A stretch of DNA of 64,000 nt from sequence record PP496443.1. One strand, 5' to 3'. Below, one piece after another: positions 55,775 to 64,000 of the stretch (positions are counted from its first letter, which is position 1; every line of letters begins with the position of its first letter). The notes beneath the pieces are model-generated. The model made no database searches, was not told the origin of the DNA, and worked only from the letters and a program-made list of their open reading frames with translations. A program made the translations under genes and the position numbers.

Positions 55775-56395
55775 ATGGGCTCTATTCTCTATACCCACCG
55801 TCAGATCGTCAATACTCCCAACCTCCGTAAGGAAGCCCGTGAAAGCAAGAGCTTCAAGGAGTACAGCAAGACCGTCGCGAAGAAAGCCAAGCGCTTGCCG
55901 ATTCCGGTTCTGTATGTAGACGGCACCCCGACCACCGAACAATTCAGCCGCCTGCTGAATGACCGCTTGATCTTTCTGGTGTGCTTGTTCCCACCGACCG
56001 CCAGCATCGAGAAGCTGACCGAGCTGTCCAAGGTGTTCAGCAGCCAGCCGTGGTATCTGAACATCAACAAGATCAAGGTGTACCAGTTGGATGGCTGCAT
56101 GGTGACCCGTACCAACCAGACCACCAAAGAAACCACCGAAGAGTTCGACTTCCGTACTGCGCAGATGTACGCCGTGCAAGAGATCGACAAACTGCTCAAC
56201 ACGCAGGAAGGCCAGATTCTGGCGGCAGCGCAATGCCGTATCGTACCGGAAGGTCAGCCAGACACGTGGAAGACCGGGGCTAAGGGTTTTACTACTAGCC
56301 TTCAAGGTGTGCCCGCTGATCAGCAAACCAGCCTGGGCATCGGGGGGAAGTCGGCGGCTGAGATCATGGCCGGGCAGAAGGAGGAAGGGGAATGA
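55775..56395 (+). CDS. Hypothetical protein
   Basis: AAGGA SD; follows a TGTAAATAG motif. Confidence 0.7.
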   Translation: MGSILYTHRQIVNTPNLRKEARESKSFKEYSKTVAKKAKRLPIPVLYVDGTPTTEQFSRLLNDRLIFLVCLFPPTASIEKLTELSKVFSSQPWYLNINKIKVYQLDGCMVTRTNQTTKETTEEFDFRTAQMYAVQEIDKLLNTQEGQILAAAQCRIVPEGQPDTWKTGAKGFTTSLQGVPADQQTSLGIGGKSAAEIMAGQKEEGE

Positions 56396-56787
56396 GCCTG
56401 AGTTACCGTCCCGGCATTACCCAAGCGCTCAACCTGCTGGATACATACCCGGCGGACCGTGACCCGCTGGAGGTACTGACCGAGTACCGCGAGATGCTGG
56501 TCAAGGAGCTGGACGACAACCTGCCGACCCTGAAAGAGGTACAGGAATGGATGACGTTAGCCTTGTATAAGAGCAAGGGTGTATTCCATCCAGAGCAATT
56601 TCGCATCCGTGCGCTCGAAGAGCTGAATATGGTTTTGGAATACGATCTTGAAAAGGTTACCACTGATTTCAAGATCGCCTTGGTAAATAAACGGCGTAGG
56701 GTATGGTTGACCTTGAGTCCTATGGCTGTTCCTCCGCCTGACATCAAGTTCCAGCTTTATATCTCAGCTATCAATGTAGAGGAATGA
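56392..56787 (+). CDS. Hypothetical protein
   Basis: ATGA overlap. Confidence 0.65.
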   Translation: MSLSYRPGITQALNLLDTYPADRDPLEVLTEYREMLVKELDDNLPTLKEVQEWMTLALYKSKGVFHPEQFRIRALEELNMVLEYDLEKVTTDFKIALVNKRRRVWLTLSPMAVPPPDIKFQLYISAINVEE

Positions 56788-57731
56788 CCATGGCCTTAGC
56801 AGCCAAGAAAAAGATCCGCCTGAAACGGCGGGATCGGGACAAGGCGGAGCAGCCACCGGTCGAGTCCACCAAGGCATCGGTGCGCAACATCGTCGGCATC
56901 TGCAACCACAACCCGTATCAGGTAGGTCAACTGTTGCCTAGCGAGCCTGCGGTTATGGGAATGGACGGGAAGATCACGGGTGCACGTCGCGCCCAATACC
57001 TGTTCGTGCCCTATGTCGCCACTCTGCTCCAGTTCCGGGACGTGGTGCTGGCGTTCAAAGGCACCGTCATCGTCTTCGATGATCCGGTCAAGCTGGACCA
57101 CGTGCTGCAGATTGGTAACGTGCTGGACATCGTGACCAAGAATCACAGCTACCAGTACACCTTCGGGCCGCTGACCTCTGCCAAGCTGGTAGCCGCAGAC
57201 GAGCCCCGTCGCCCAATTATGATCGATCAGGAACGGGTCAACTTTCTGCCGAACATGATCAACGCCGTGCAAGGCAGTATTGCGCAAGTGATCATGGAAG
57301 CCACTCAGAGCTTGATCCCGACCGTCAAGTCGGATGTACTCAAGACCATCTTCTCGTGGATCAGCGAGTCCGATTTGACCCCGGATCTGCTGTTGCAGGA
57401 ACTGGAAAGGTTGAACGTGGAGGATCCTGAGGTTATGATGGCGCCGTTGCTGGCGTTCCTTGGCACCGAGCAGGGTCAGAAGACATGCAAAGCTTTCGCA
57501 ATGGTGGCAGATTACAAGGCCAAAGGGAAAAGCGTTCCGTATCCGAAGATTGAAAAGGCGACCGGTGTTCCGTCATTCGATCTGCAGTTTGCCATTCGCT
57601 ACATTCGCCGGACAACCTCTGTGCGTCGGCCAGGTATGACGTTGAGTCAGATCCATGCGGCGCGTAAACTCAAATCCAACAATGATATTCTGGGCGGGAT
57701 CGATGATCCCGAGGACGAAGAAGATGTTTGA
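56784..57731 (+). CDS. Hypothetical protein
   Basis: ATGA overlap; long ORF. Confidence 0.65.
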   Translation: MTMALAAKKKIRLKRRDRDKAEQPPVESTKASVRNIVGICNHNPYQVGQLLPSEPAVMGMDGKITGARRAQYLFVPYVATLLQFRDVVLAFKGTVIVFDDPVKLDHVLQIGNVLDIVTKNHSYQYTFGPLTSAKLVAADEPRRPIMIDQERVNFLPNMINAVQGSIAQVIMEATQSLIPTVKSDVLKTIFSWISESDLTPDLLLQELERLNVEDPEVMMAPLLAFLGTEQGQKTCKAFAMVADYKAKGKSVPYPKIEKATGVPSFDLQFAIRYIRRTTSVRRPGMTLSQIHAARKLKSNNDILGGIDDPEDEEDV

Positions 57732-58638
57732 AACAATCATGCGAGGGGGCTTTGCCTCCTTCATCTACATCGCGATCATCGTGTTCGTTATCGTCTGGGT
57801 GGTCAACTCGATCTATCGGCAAAAGAAGATTGCCCAGATCCGGCAGCACGAACGGCAAGTCAAGCAGACGGAGCAGGACCGCAAGGACGTAATCTCCGAC
57901 GCCGAAGACGCCCGTCCCATCGAATACGTGACGGAAGACACGGGCATGTCGGTGCCCAACTTCTTCCTGTCCAAGTTCATCGAAGAGCTGGCGCTGGTCA
58001 CCAGTGCGTCGGTACGCAGGCTCAGTCCGGTGGCCGGTGCGGAAAGTCTGGAGGACTTGCGAGTTGAGTTCTCCCGGCTGCAAGCGTTGCTCCACCTTCA
58101 GTTCGAGCAAGTCGTTGGTCCCGTTCTTGAAGAAGAGATGCGGTCCACGTACGAACGGGTTGAAGCAGCGTTGGCCGACGCCAAGGCGAAAGGCATGGTG
58201 CGGGGTGAACGTGAATTCGGTAGTCTTCCGCATACGCAACCACCGCGCGAATATCGCACCTACACCAATGAACGCCTGGGTATTCGTGTGCATAGCACCA
58301 TGTCGGACATCGAGGTTGCGGAAGCAGTAAAGTGGGCGGAAGGATTGGTCATCTCGCCTGCTTCGGAAGCTGCCCGAGCGGACATGTTCAGAGAGCTATT
58401 GCAAAAGGGCCAAGTTAACGAGGTAAAGGTAGAGCTGATCAACGGTCCGGAGCCCCAGATGTACCGCCATCGGTTCGAAGGCTTGAACGTAACCACTACG
58501 CTGCCCCGTGAAGAGGTGGCCGCTGTGGTAAAACCCTATCTGGGGATGGCGGTCACCGAGTCGGTACTGGAAGAGATTAAGTTCATCCTCCAGCAGAAGA
58601 CCAGTGACGCAGTAATCGTCGATACAGACGCTACGTAA
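57724..58638 (+). CDS. Membrane-anchored hypothetical protein
   Basis: GAGGA SD before ATG 57724; N-terminal TM helix. Confidence 0.65.
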   Translation: MFETIMRGGFASFIYIAIIVFVIVWVVNSIYRQKKIAQIRQHERQVKQTEQDRKDVISDAEDARPIEYVTEDTGMSVPNFFLSKFIEELALVTSASVRRLSPVAGAESLEDLRVEFSRLQALLHLQFEQVVGPVLEEEMRSTYERVEAALADAKAKGMVRGEREFGSLPHTQPPREYRTYTNERLGIRVHSTMSDIEVAEAVKWAEGLVISPASEAARADMFRELLQKGQVNEVKVELINGPEPQMYRHRFEGLNVTTTLPREEVAAVVKPYLGMAVTESVLEEIKFILQQKTSDAVIVDTDAT

Positions 58639-58643
58639 TACTC

Positions 58644-58672
58644 AGGGTGTTCCTTTCTGGAACACCCTTTTT
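58644..58672 (+). terminator. Intrinsic terminator
   Basis: AGGGTGTTCC/GGAACACCCT 10-bp stem plus TTTT. Confidence 0.8.
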
Positions 58673-58687
58673 CATTTGGAGATCGTA

Positions 58688-58924
58688 ATGGCTAAAGCAA
58701 CCTGCTACGGAATCTGCCCACAATGCGGCAGCGATGTCACCAAGGTGAACTTCCGCGATGACACCATGACCTGTTTAGGTGGGCACCAGTGCACCTTCGA
58801 GCGTATGATCAGTCTGGTGGGTGTGGTGGACGAACCACCTACGGCGGAACTGATTGACATGGCACAGAACGCCCACGTGTTGCGACCACCCTCTTGCTAC
58901 GCACGACTGCTTACTCGGGATTGA
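58688..58924 (+). CDS. Small zinc-ribbon protein
   Basis: GGAG SD; CPQCG..CLGGH. Confidence 0.6.
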   Translation: MAKATCYGICPQCGSDVTKVNFRDDTMTCLGGHQCTFERMISLVGVVDEPPTAELIDMAQNAHVLRPPSCYARLLTRD

Positions 58925-58986
58925 CAACTCTGGTAAATGATGTCATACTAGTGGCAACGCCACGTACTGCGCGGGAGCAGTGAGCC

Positions 58987-59385
58987 ATGAGCAAGCAACG
59001 CACCACCAAGAAGCAACGAGAGGAACAGCAAGCCCGGCAACGGGAGGAAGCCCGGTTGAAGAAGGAGCGGGATCACGCATTCCGTCCTCTCTTCGGGACC
59101 GGTGGCTCCGGGCGCAGAACTCCGAATCGGGTGCCGACGCTGGAGACTCCAGTATACGCCAAAGACAGCAAGCACGTACCTTCGTTGATCACGGCCAAAC
59201 CGTTCAACAAGCAGGTGCCGGTCCAGTACGATGAAGAGATGTCGGTACGGGAAGCTGCGGCGCAAGTCGAGATCGCACACAAGCGTAAGCGGGTCGCGGT
59301 CGTCTGCCACAAGTCCGGCTATCAGTACGTCGGTGAAGTGGAAGATCCGAAAACTTTCGGTAAGAAATCTCAAGCACTGGAGTAA
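58987..59385 (+). CDS. Basic hypothetical phage protein
   Basis: GGGAG SD; RVAVVCHKSGYQYV C-terminal motif. Confidence 0.65.
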   Translation: MSKQRTTKKQREEQQARQREEARLKKERDHAFRPLFGTGGSGRRTPNRVPTLETPVYAKDSKHVPSLITAKPFNKQVPVQYDEEMSVREAAAQVEIAHKRKRVAVVCHKSGYQYVGEVEDPKTFGKKSQALE

Positions 59386-59386
59386 G

Positions 59387-59548
59387 ATGATGGACAGTGA
59401 AGACAGGCCACCGTGCCCTAACAGAGAGTGTCAGCACAAGACTTACGAGTCACACACCTGCCCGTACAAGGAAAGTGTGAATGACGATACAGAGTCCCTG
59501 TGCCATTGCTGTGAGAACTGCAAACAACAATGTGCGGAGGACATTTGA
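59387..59548 (+). CDS. Small Cys-rich protein
   Basis: GGAG SD; CPNREC..HTCPY..CHCCENCKQQC. Confidence 0.6.
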   Translation: MMDSEDRPPCPNRECQHKTYESHTCPYKESVNDDTESLCHCCENCKQQCAEDI

Positions 59549-59964
59549 TGATAGAAGTTCTTATGTGGGTCGTGGGAATAGTCGCATCTGTTTGCGCGTT
59601 CCCTTTCGTGTTCATCTGGACCCACGACCTGCTTGTCAAGCCCGCGACAAACAATAGAACCATCGACGGAGGGCATAGCTGTCCGTACGCGAACATGACG
59701 GATGAAGAGTTGTACGACTTCGAAGCAGATTCCTTTCATGGTATCAAGCCAGAGAATCGTACATGGCCGACACTGGCAGCCTTCCTGATGTATCAAGACC
59801 GTAAGTCTGCATCGAAGGAGCTAGCAGTGGCGACGGAACCGCTGGAAGGTGAGTTGCTTTATCCCGAGATGGAAGTCAGGGAGAACACTGCGGTTATTGC
59901 TAATGATGCCTGGCTAGCTACCAAAGGAATATACCGGGGTCGAGATCCCAAGTGGCCCCACTAA
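59548..59964 (+). CDS. Membrane-anchored hypothetical protein
   Basis: GGAGG SD; TGATG coupling; N-terminal TM helix. Confidence 0.6.
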   Translation: MIEVLMWVVGIVASVCAFPFVFIWTHDLLVKPATNNRTIDGGHSCPYANMTDEELYDFEADSFHGIKPENRTWPTLAAFLMYQDRKSASKELAVATEPLEGELLYPEMEVRENTAVIANDAWLATKGIYRGRDPKWPH

Positions 59965-59996
59965 TCCTCTACACGCTGTCCTGATAGGAGATCCAC

Positions 59997-60473
59997 GTGA
60001 ACAAGATTGATGATGAAATGCGACTGGCTCACGAACTGGCCGAGGTAATAGCGTCAGTTCCTTCCAGCTGCGAAAGAGTGGTTGTCTTGGTCCCTGACCA
60101 CTATGAAGCTCTGGGTAAGTCCAGCGTGCTGCTGGACACTGTAGACCGGCTACGGAATGCAGGTATCGTGGTGGACGTTATGAGCCCCGGAGATGTCCGT
60201 AAGCTGGAGGGGGTGGAGTCCCACCCCTTGGATGGTGTTCATCTTCCAATGGATTTCTCCGCCCTAGAGGAACGGGCAGCTCGGTCTATGTTCTTCGACT
60301 CCTATCAGGATCTGTCGGGTACGGATACCGGTTCAGACAGGAATCAGTTCAGACATACGCCGACCGCCCGCATCACCCCGCATCCGTTGAGAGCTCTGGA
60401 CTACATCCAGAAGGGCAGCGGCAAACTTTCCAAGGGCATGAAACTCATGCTGAAAAAGCAAAGGGGTTGGTAA
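59997..60473 (+). CDS. Hypothetical protein
   Basis: AGGAG SD; GTG start. Confidence 0.6.
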   Translation: MNKIDDEMRLAHELAEVIASVPSSCERVVVLVPDHYEALGKSSVLLDTVDRLRNAGIVVDVMSPGDVRKLEGVESHPLDGVHLPMDFSALEERAARSMFFDSYQDLSGTDTGSDRNQFRHTPTARITPHPLRALDYIQKGSGKLSKGMKLMLKKQRGW

Positions 60474-60474
60474 C

Positions 60475-61104
60475 ATGATCATCAATACTGCGAAGAAGAT
60501 ACTGGAGCAGGAAGTGCAGCCTGCTTTGTGTAAGCTCACCCTGTCAGACCGTACCGACATCGGCTGCTTCCTCCTGAATGATCTGGGAAGGATCAACGCC
60601 AATCACGACATGATCATTGGTGGCCTGTTCAACCAAGAACTGTGTCTGGCTTTCTACATGTTGCTGAATTCAGATGTGGCGACTTCGCTGGAACAGGCTG
60701 TCAGTGCTGACGTGATCAAAGAAATCAATACCATGAAGGCGTATATCTATCACCAGAAGGGTTTGATCGGCGGGCGACTTCCCGAACCAACCTTGCTGTT
60801 ACGGGCACTGACCAACCCTCTGGTATCCCATGCCGTGCGTGATCCATTCTTCAGTGGGCAGCGACATGATCAGACGTGTAGTGATACCCGGTTGCGCTTC
60901 AATGCTCAACACGCCAAAGCACCGGAAGGGTCAGTAAAAGAACTGGCTGCGAAGTACGGGGTGTCGATCAGTGAGGTGCGCCGGTTGAAAGCTGCGGGCC
61001 AACTACATACCCTCGGCCAGTCAGCCGAACCCCAACCAGACGCGGCTGCCGACGAACAAAAGGTAGCCCAAACCAAAGCCCTGCTTGAGAGCTTACTGCC
61101 ATGA
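60475..61104 (+). CDS. Protein with a C-terminal helix-turn-helix
   Basis: SVKELAAKYGVSISEVRRLK. Confidence 0.6.
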   Translation: MIINTAKKILEQEVQPALCKLTLSDRTDIGCFLLNDLGRINANHDMIIGGLFNQELCLAFYMLLNSDVATSLEQAVSADVIKEINTMKAYIYHQKGLIGGRLPEPTLLLRALTNPLVSHAVRDPFFSGQRHDQTCSDTRLRFNAQHAKAPEGSVKELAAKYGVSISEVRRLKAAGQLHTLGQSAEPQPDAAADEQKVAQTKALLESLLP

Positions 61105-62117
61105 CAGATGCAACGTTGGACACGTACGGTGACCTGCTGGTCGAAAATGCTACCAAGATCGTTGCTGATTTCTTGGAGAACGTGATCACTCCGGTTACAC
61201 TGGCGTTGGAGAAAGACTACCCGGCCAAGTTCAAGGTACTCAAAACCCGACTGGCTCAAATGGCGGGCAGCGCAATGAGCCTCCCCGTAGCCGTTGTGGC
61301 AATGCGTAACCTTCCGTTCTACGTGTTGCTGAGTTCACCGCGTCAGGTCAGTCACATCATCACTCTTGCCAAAGCCATGATGCCCGAAGGATTGCCGTTG
61401 AAGGCTCTAGGGGCCAAGTACCACGAAGACGTTATTGCCGCTCTGACTAGGGTACTGGTTGAACGTGGTGTAGGTGACATGTTTCTCGGCAATCGAATAG
61501 CTGATCTGCCCAAGTCGCCGGTGACGGAAGCCGAACGGAAGGAAGATCCATTTGCCAACGTAGACCACGACTCCGATCACGTGCATGAATTGAGCGAGAT
61601 GCTGTCCCCAGCGGGCGCTCCGTGGTACATCTCCAACGACCGGATCAAAGCCGACCGCAAGGACGCAGGCGGTGCGATGGACGCTGCCATGGTGATGGTT
61701 AGCGAGCGCCACGCCAAACGCCACCTGGTCGAGCTGGTGAACGCTGCGCTGCTGTTCAAGCCGCCGGTCAAACACCCGTACCCCATCTCGGAGTATTCCG
61801 CCGAGGATTGGTGGGTGAAAGAGATTGAGGGCATTGCGTCGTCTCTGGTGCCGTTGACTGAAGATCAGTATCGCGCTATCCACATCGCCCGTAACTTCGC
61901 CCGTCTGGTGTTCGACACAATCGAGGCACCGAGCGAAGACGATGTGGTGTATCAGTATCGTTCGCGATGGAAAGCGGAAGATTCTTGGAGCGAATGGCAT
62001 ACCACGACGAAGTCTAGCTTCGACACTATCAAGGTCACGTGGGGTCACATGGCTGACCGTTACGAGTTCCGTCTTTTGCGAGTTATCCCGGAGGTGATCA
62101 ATGCCGACTCCAACTGA
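61101..62117 (+). CDS. Hypothetical multidomain protein
   Basis: ATGA overlap; long ORF. Confidence 0.65.
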   Translation: MTDATLDTYGDLLVENATKIVADFLENVITPVTLALEKDYPAKFKVLKTRLAQMAGSAMSLPVAVVAMRNLPFYVLLSSPRQVSHIITLAKAMMPEGLPLKALGAKYHEDVIAALTRVLVERGVGDMFLGNRIADLPKSPVTEAERKEDPFANVDHDSDHVHELSEMLSPAGAPWYISNDRIKADRKDAGGAMDAAMVMVSERHAKRHLVELVNAALLFKPPVKHPYPISEYSAEDWWVKEIEGIASSLVPLTEDQYRAIHIARNFARLVFDTIEAPSEDDVVYQYRSRWKAEDSWSEWHTTTKSSFDTIKVTWGHMADRYEFRLLRVIPEVINADSN

Positions 62118-62385
62118 ACAGACACTACCCACGGTCGCATCACTAGATGATATATCATCTAGTGGCACCTACCGGGTGGACTACACCATCGTTATGCAGA
62201 TGAATTTCACCCCTGATTTCATGTCCCGCGTCAAGTTCATACGGGACATCATGGACTCGGAAACCAAGAAGCTGGTCTCTCAGCATGTGGGATTCGAAGA
62301 CGGTAGCATCTTCACTCGTACCCACGGGGAAGATGGGGACTGGACGTATGGGCCGTGGGTGAAGGAGGTGTCAGATGTATCGTAG
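62101..62385 (+). CDS. Hypothetical protein
   Basis: GGAGGT SD. Confidence 0.6.
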   Translation: MPTPTEQTLPTVASLDDISSSGTYRVDYTIVMQMNFTPDFMSRVKFIRDIMDSETKKLVSQHVGFEDGSIFTRTHGEDGDWTYGPWVKEVSDVS

Positions 62386-62545
62386 CGCAGTGAAGTATAA
62401 AGACCACGGCTATCTTGCTCCGGGTAGCCGTGCGTTCGAACTCTACCACGACAAGTCTGACAAAGGCCACAAGTTGCTGGATCAGCACATGGCCGAGGTG
62501 GATGCAGCGTGGCGCAAACTGGAGGGGCGCAAGAATGGAAAATAA
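62375..62545 (+). CDS. Small hypothetical protein (56 aa, not in ORF track)
   Basis: AAGGAGGT SD; MYRSAVKYKDHGYLAPGSRAFELY... Confidence 0.6.
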   Translation: MYRSAVKYKDHGYLAPGSRAFELYHDKSDKGHKLLDQHMAEVDAAWRKLEGRKNGK

Positions 62546-62987
62546 ATGGGTACTGGTCAAGTCCAGCCTGCTCACTTCATTGATGGTCATTATGATTATC
62601 TCCGGGTACTACATGTTCACGGTCGGCCAGCACCGAAGCGAAAAGGTAATGCGTTACGCCTCAATGGTGGACACCAGCGCAGACTCCAGTCGTCACAAGT
62701 CCAACTACTCGTACAACACGTCTGGTTACTTCCGCGACGAAGAGACCAACGCGTTCTTTCGCGACGACATCTCGGACAGGCTGTATCGGCAGTTCGAAGC
62801 TGGAGGCAACAAGCCTATCCGCATGAGCTGGCCTTACAGCATAGACAAGCGTGAGCAGACCAGTTCAGGTGTCTTCTATATGATGGGTGGGGTGATGTTA
62901 GAGGCCATCGCGATCATCATACTCATCCATCTGACCATGGTGGCGTGGGCCAAGCACGTACGGGAGCGCAAACCTGATGTGGATTGA
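62535..62987 (+). CDS. Two-TM membrane protein
   Basis: GGAGG SD before ATG 62535; hydrophobic spans at both ends. Confidence 0.6.
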   Translation: MENKWVLVKSSLLTSLMVIMIISGYYMFTVGQHRSEKVMRYASMVDTSADSSRHKSNYSYNTSGYFRDEETNAFFRDDISDRLYRQFEAGGNKPIRMSWPYSIDKREQTSSGVFYMMGGVMLEAIAIIILIHLTMVAWAKHVRERKPDVD

Positions 62988-63360
62988 TTACGTCTGGGGT
63001 TACAAGCTGTTTGGTGGCCTGTACGAAACAGTGCGGGTCAAGTTCCAAAGCGAAGAGATGGACAAACTGGATAACGTCTTCCTCAGTGAAACGGATGCCC
63101 GTAAAGCAGTCGAGACGTTGAACTACAAACGCATTCAAGGTGCCGTGACCTACTTGCACGCTCTCAATAAACTCGACACCGAGTCGGTTCAAGGCGAGCA
63201 GGCTGTGTACAACGTGACCGCAGGGTACGGTGAACCCGACGCGTGTATAGACGGTTACGAAGATAGGTTGTTGCTCCGAGCCAAGACGGCATGTCTGATT
63301 CGCTTTGACCGTCGCATCACTCAGAACTCACGCAACATTCCCTTTCCGGAGATCCTATGA
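62977..63360 (+). CDS. Hypothetical protein
   Basis: GGGAG SD. Confidence 0.6.
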   Translation: MWIDYVWGYKLFGGLYETVRVKFQSEEMDKLDNVFLSETDARKAVETLNYKRIQGAVTYLHALNKLDTESVQGEQAVYNVTAGYGEPDACIDGYEDRLLLRAKTACLIRFDRRITQNSRNIPFPEIL

Positions 63361-63896
63361 ACGTTAAAGAATTCAAGCGACCGGCTGACCACATCTGGCG
63401 TGGGCACGCTATAACCAAAGAGCAGTACCGTATCGTTATAGACGTCGCCTGCAAACGTTCCCGAGAGTTAAGTAGCGGCCCCGGACTTTCTGAAGAAGAG
63501 TTCAATGCCGCAGTAGAAATTGAACTACGGGCCAAAGGCTGCCCCGTGCCCGAAGGTAAAGGCGAATGGGAGTTGGAGCTTTCTCAAGAAGTATTGGACG
63601 CCCATGCCAACTCAGACGCTACGGATCGTCGTTGGTTGTCCGATCAGCATCGGGAGAACGGTAACTACGGAAACTTCTGCATCCACTGCAAATCTGAATT
63701 CATCGGTGGTAAGAATCGGTGCGTGTGCAAGCTCTGCCATGAAGCTTTACGGGAGATGAAGCAACGCCGGGACTTCGAGTTCCATGCCAAGGAGAACTTG
63801 GGGCTGAGTACTCACCGTCTTACTACTGGCGACTATCAATCATTCGGTGCCCAGATGGCTTGGGACACTTGGCAATACGTGAGGGCTCAGCAATGA
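63357..63896 (+). CDS. Hypothetical protein with a CxxC..CxxC zinc motif
   Basis: ENGNYGNFCIHCKSEFIGGKNRCVCKLC. Confidence 0.6.
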   Translation: MNVKEFKRPADHIWRGHAITKEQYRIVIDVACKRSRELSSGPGLSEEEFNAAVEIELRAKGCPVPEGKGEWELELSQEVLDAHANSDATDRRWLSDQHRENGNYGNFCIHCKSEFIGGKNRCVCKLCHEALREMKQRRDFEFHAKENLGLSTHRLTTGDYQSFGAQMAWDTWQYVRAQQ

Positions 63897-64000
63897 CCGA
63901 CAACAAAGATCCCGTAGTTGAAGACCGTGACTATCAACAGCCGGTCAACGTCGGCACCGTAGGTCACGTTGATAACCGGAACAGAGTAGGTATCCTCGGT
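63893..64000 (+). CDS. Partial ORF running off the window, containing an EF-Tu G1-like segment
   Basis: GAGG SD; ATGA overlap; VNVGTVGHVD. Confidence 0.5.
   Translation, partial: MTDNKDPVVEDRDYQQPVNVGTVGHVDNRNRVGILG

Noticed and set aside
1-64000. tRNA genes, CRISPR array, integrase, tubulin/nuclear-shell genes, major capsid protein
   Set aside because: No cloverleaf with T-loop consensus, no regularly spaced repeats and no diagnostic motifs seen by eye; a tRNAscan/HMM run would be needed to exclude them fully
1-64000. Stop-codon reassignment
   Set aside because: Conserved enzymes are full length in the standard code, and TAA, TGA and TAG all end genes

Overview
This is a 64 kb segment of a GC-rich jumbo tailed phage genome. 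It is densely coding, and every supported gene is on the + strand except one two-gene island at 54640-55642. From left to right it holds: (1) a packaging/head module with a large terminase, portal, two large Lys/Glu-rich head-type proteins and a prohead protease; (2) early genes behind sigma70-type promoters; (3) a secreted lytic transglycosylase and a tandem-domain QueD-like enzyme; (4) a nucleotide-metabolism set of nrdA, a degenerate nrdB copy, an intact nrdB, thyA, folA, an HD nucleotidase, a nucleoside deoxyribosyltransferase-like protein, a dimeric dUTPase and a MazG-like protein; (5) SbcD, SbcC and a DnaX-like clamp loader; (6) an inverted GH19 endolysin; and (7) about 60 small hypothetical genes. 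The proteobacterial-type NrdA suggests a Pseudomonas/Burkholderia-like host, and the gene content recalls the PaBG/Lu11/RSL1 type of jumbo phage (both are inferences, not database-checked). No tRNA, CRISPR array, intein or integrase was seen. The strongest leads are a shared N-terminal leader plus a recurring (E/A/T)-T-A motif across head proteins (a possible capsid targeting/maturation code with a polyprotein), a metal-ligand-dead NrdB paralogue beside the true nrdB, several repeated non-coding motifs, and QueD plus pool-editing enzymes that hint at modified DNA. All annotation is by eye from motifs. Several start codons were moved from the ORF track using Shine-Dalgarno position.
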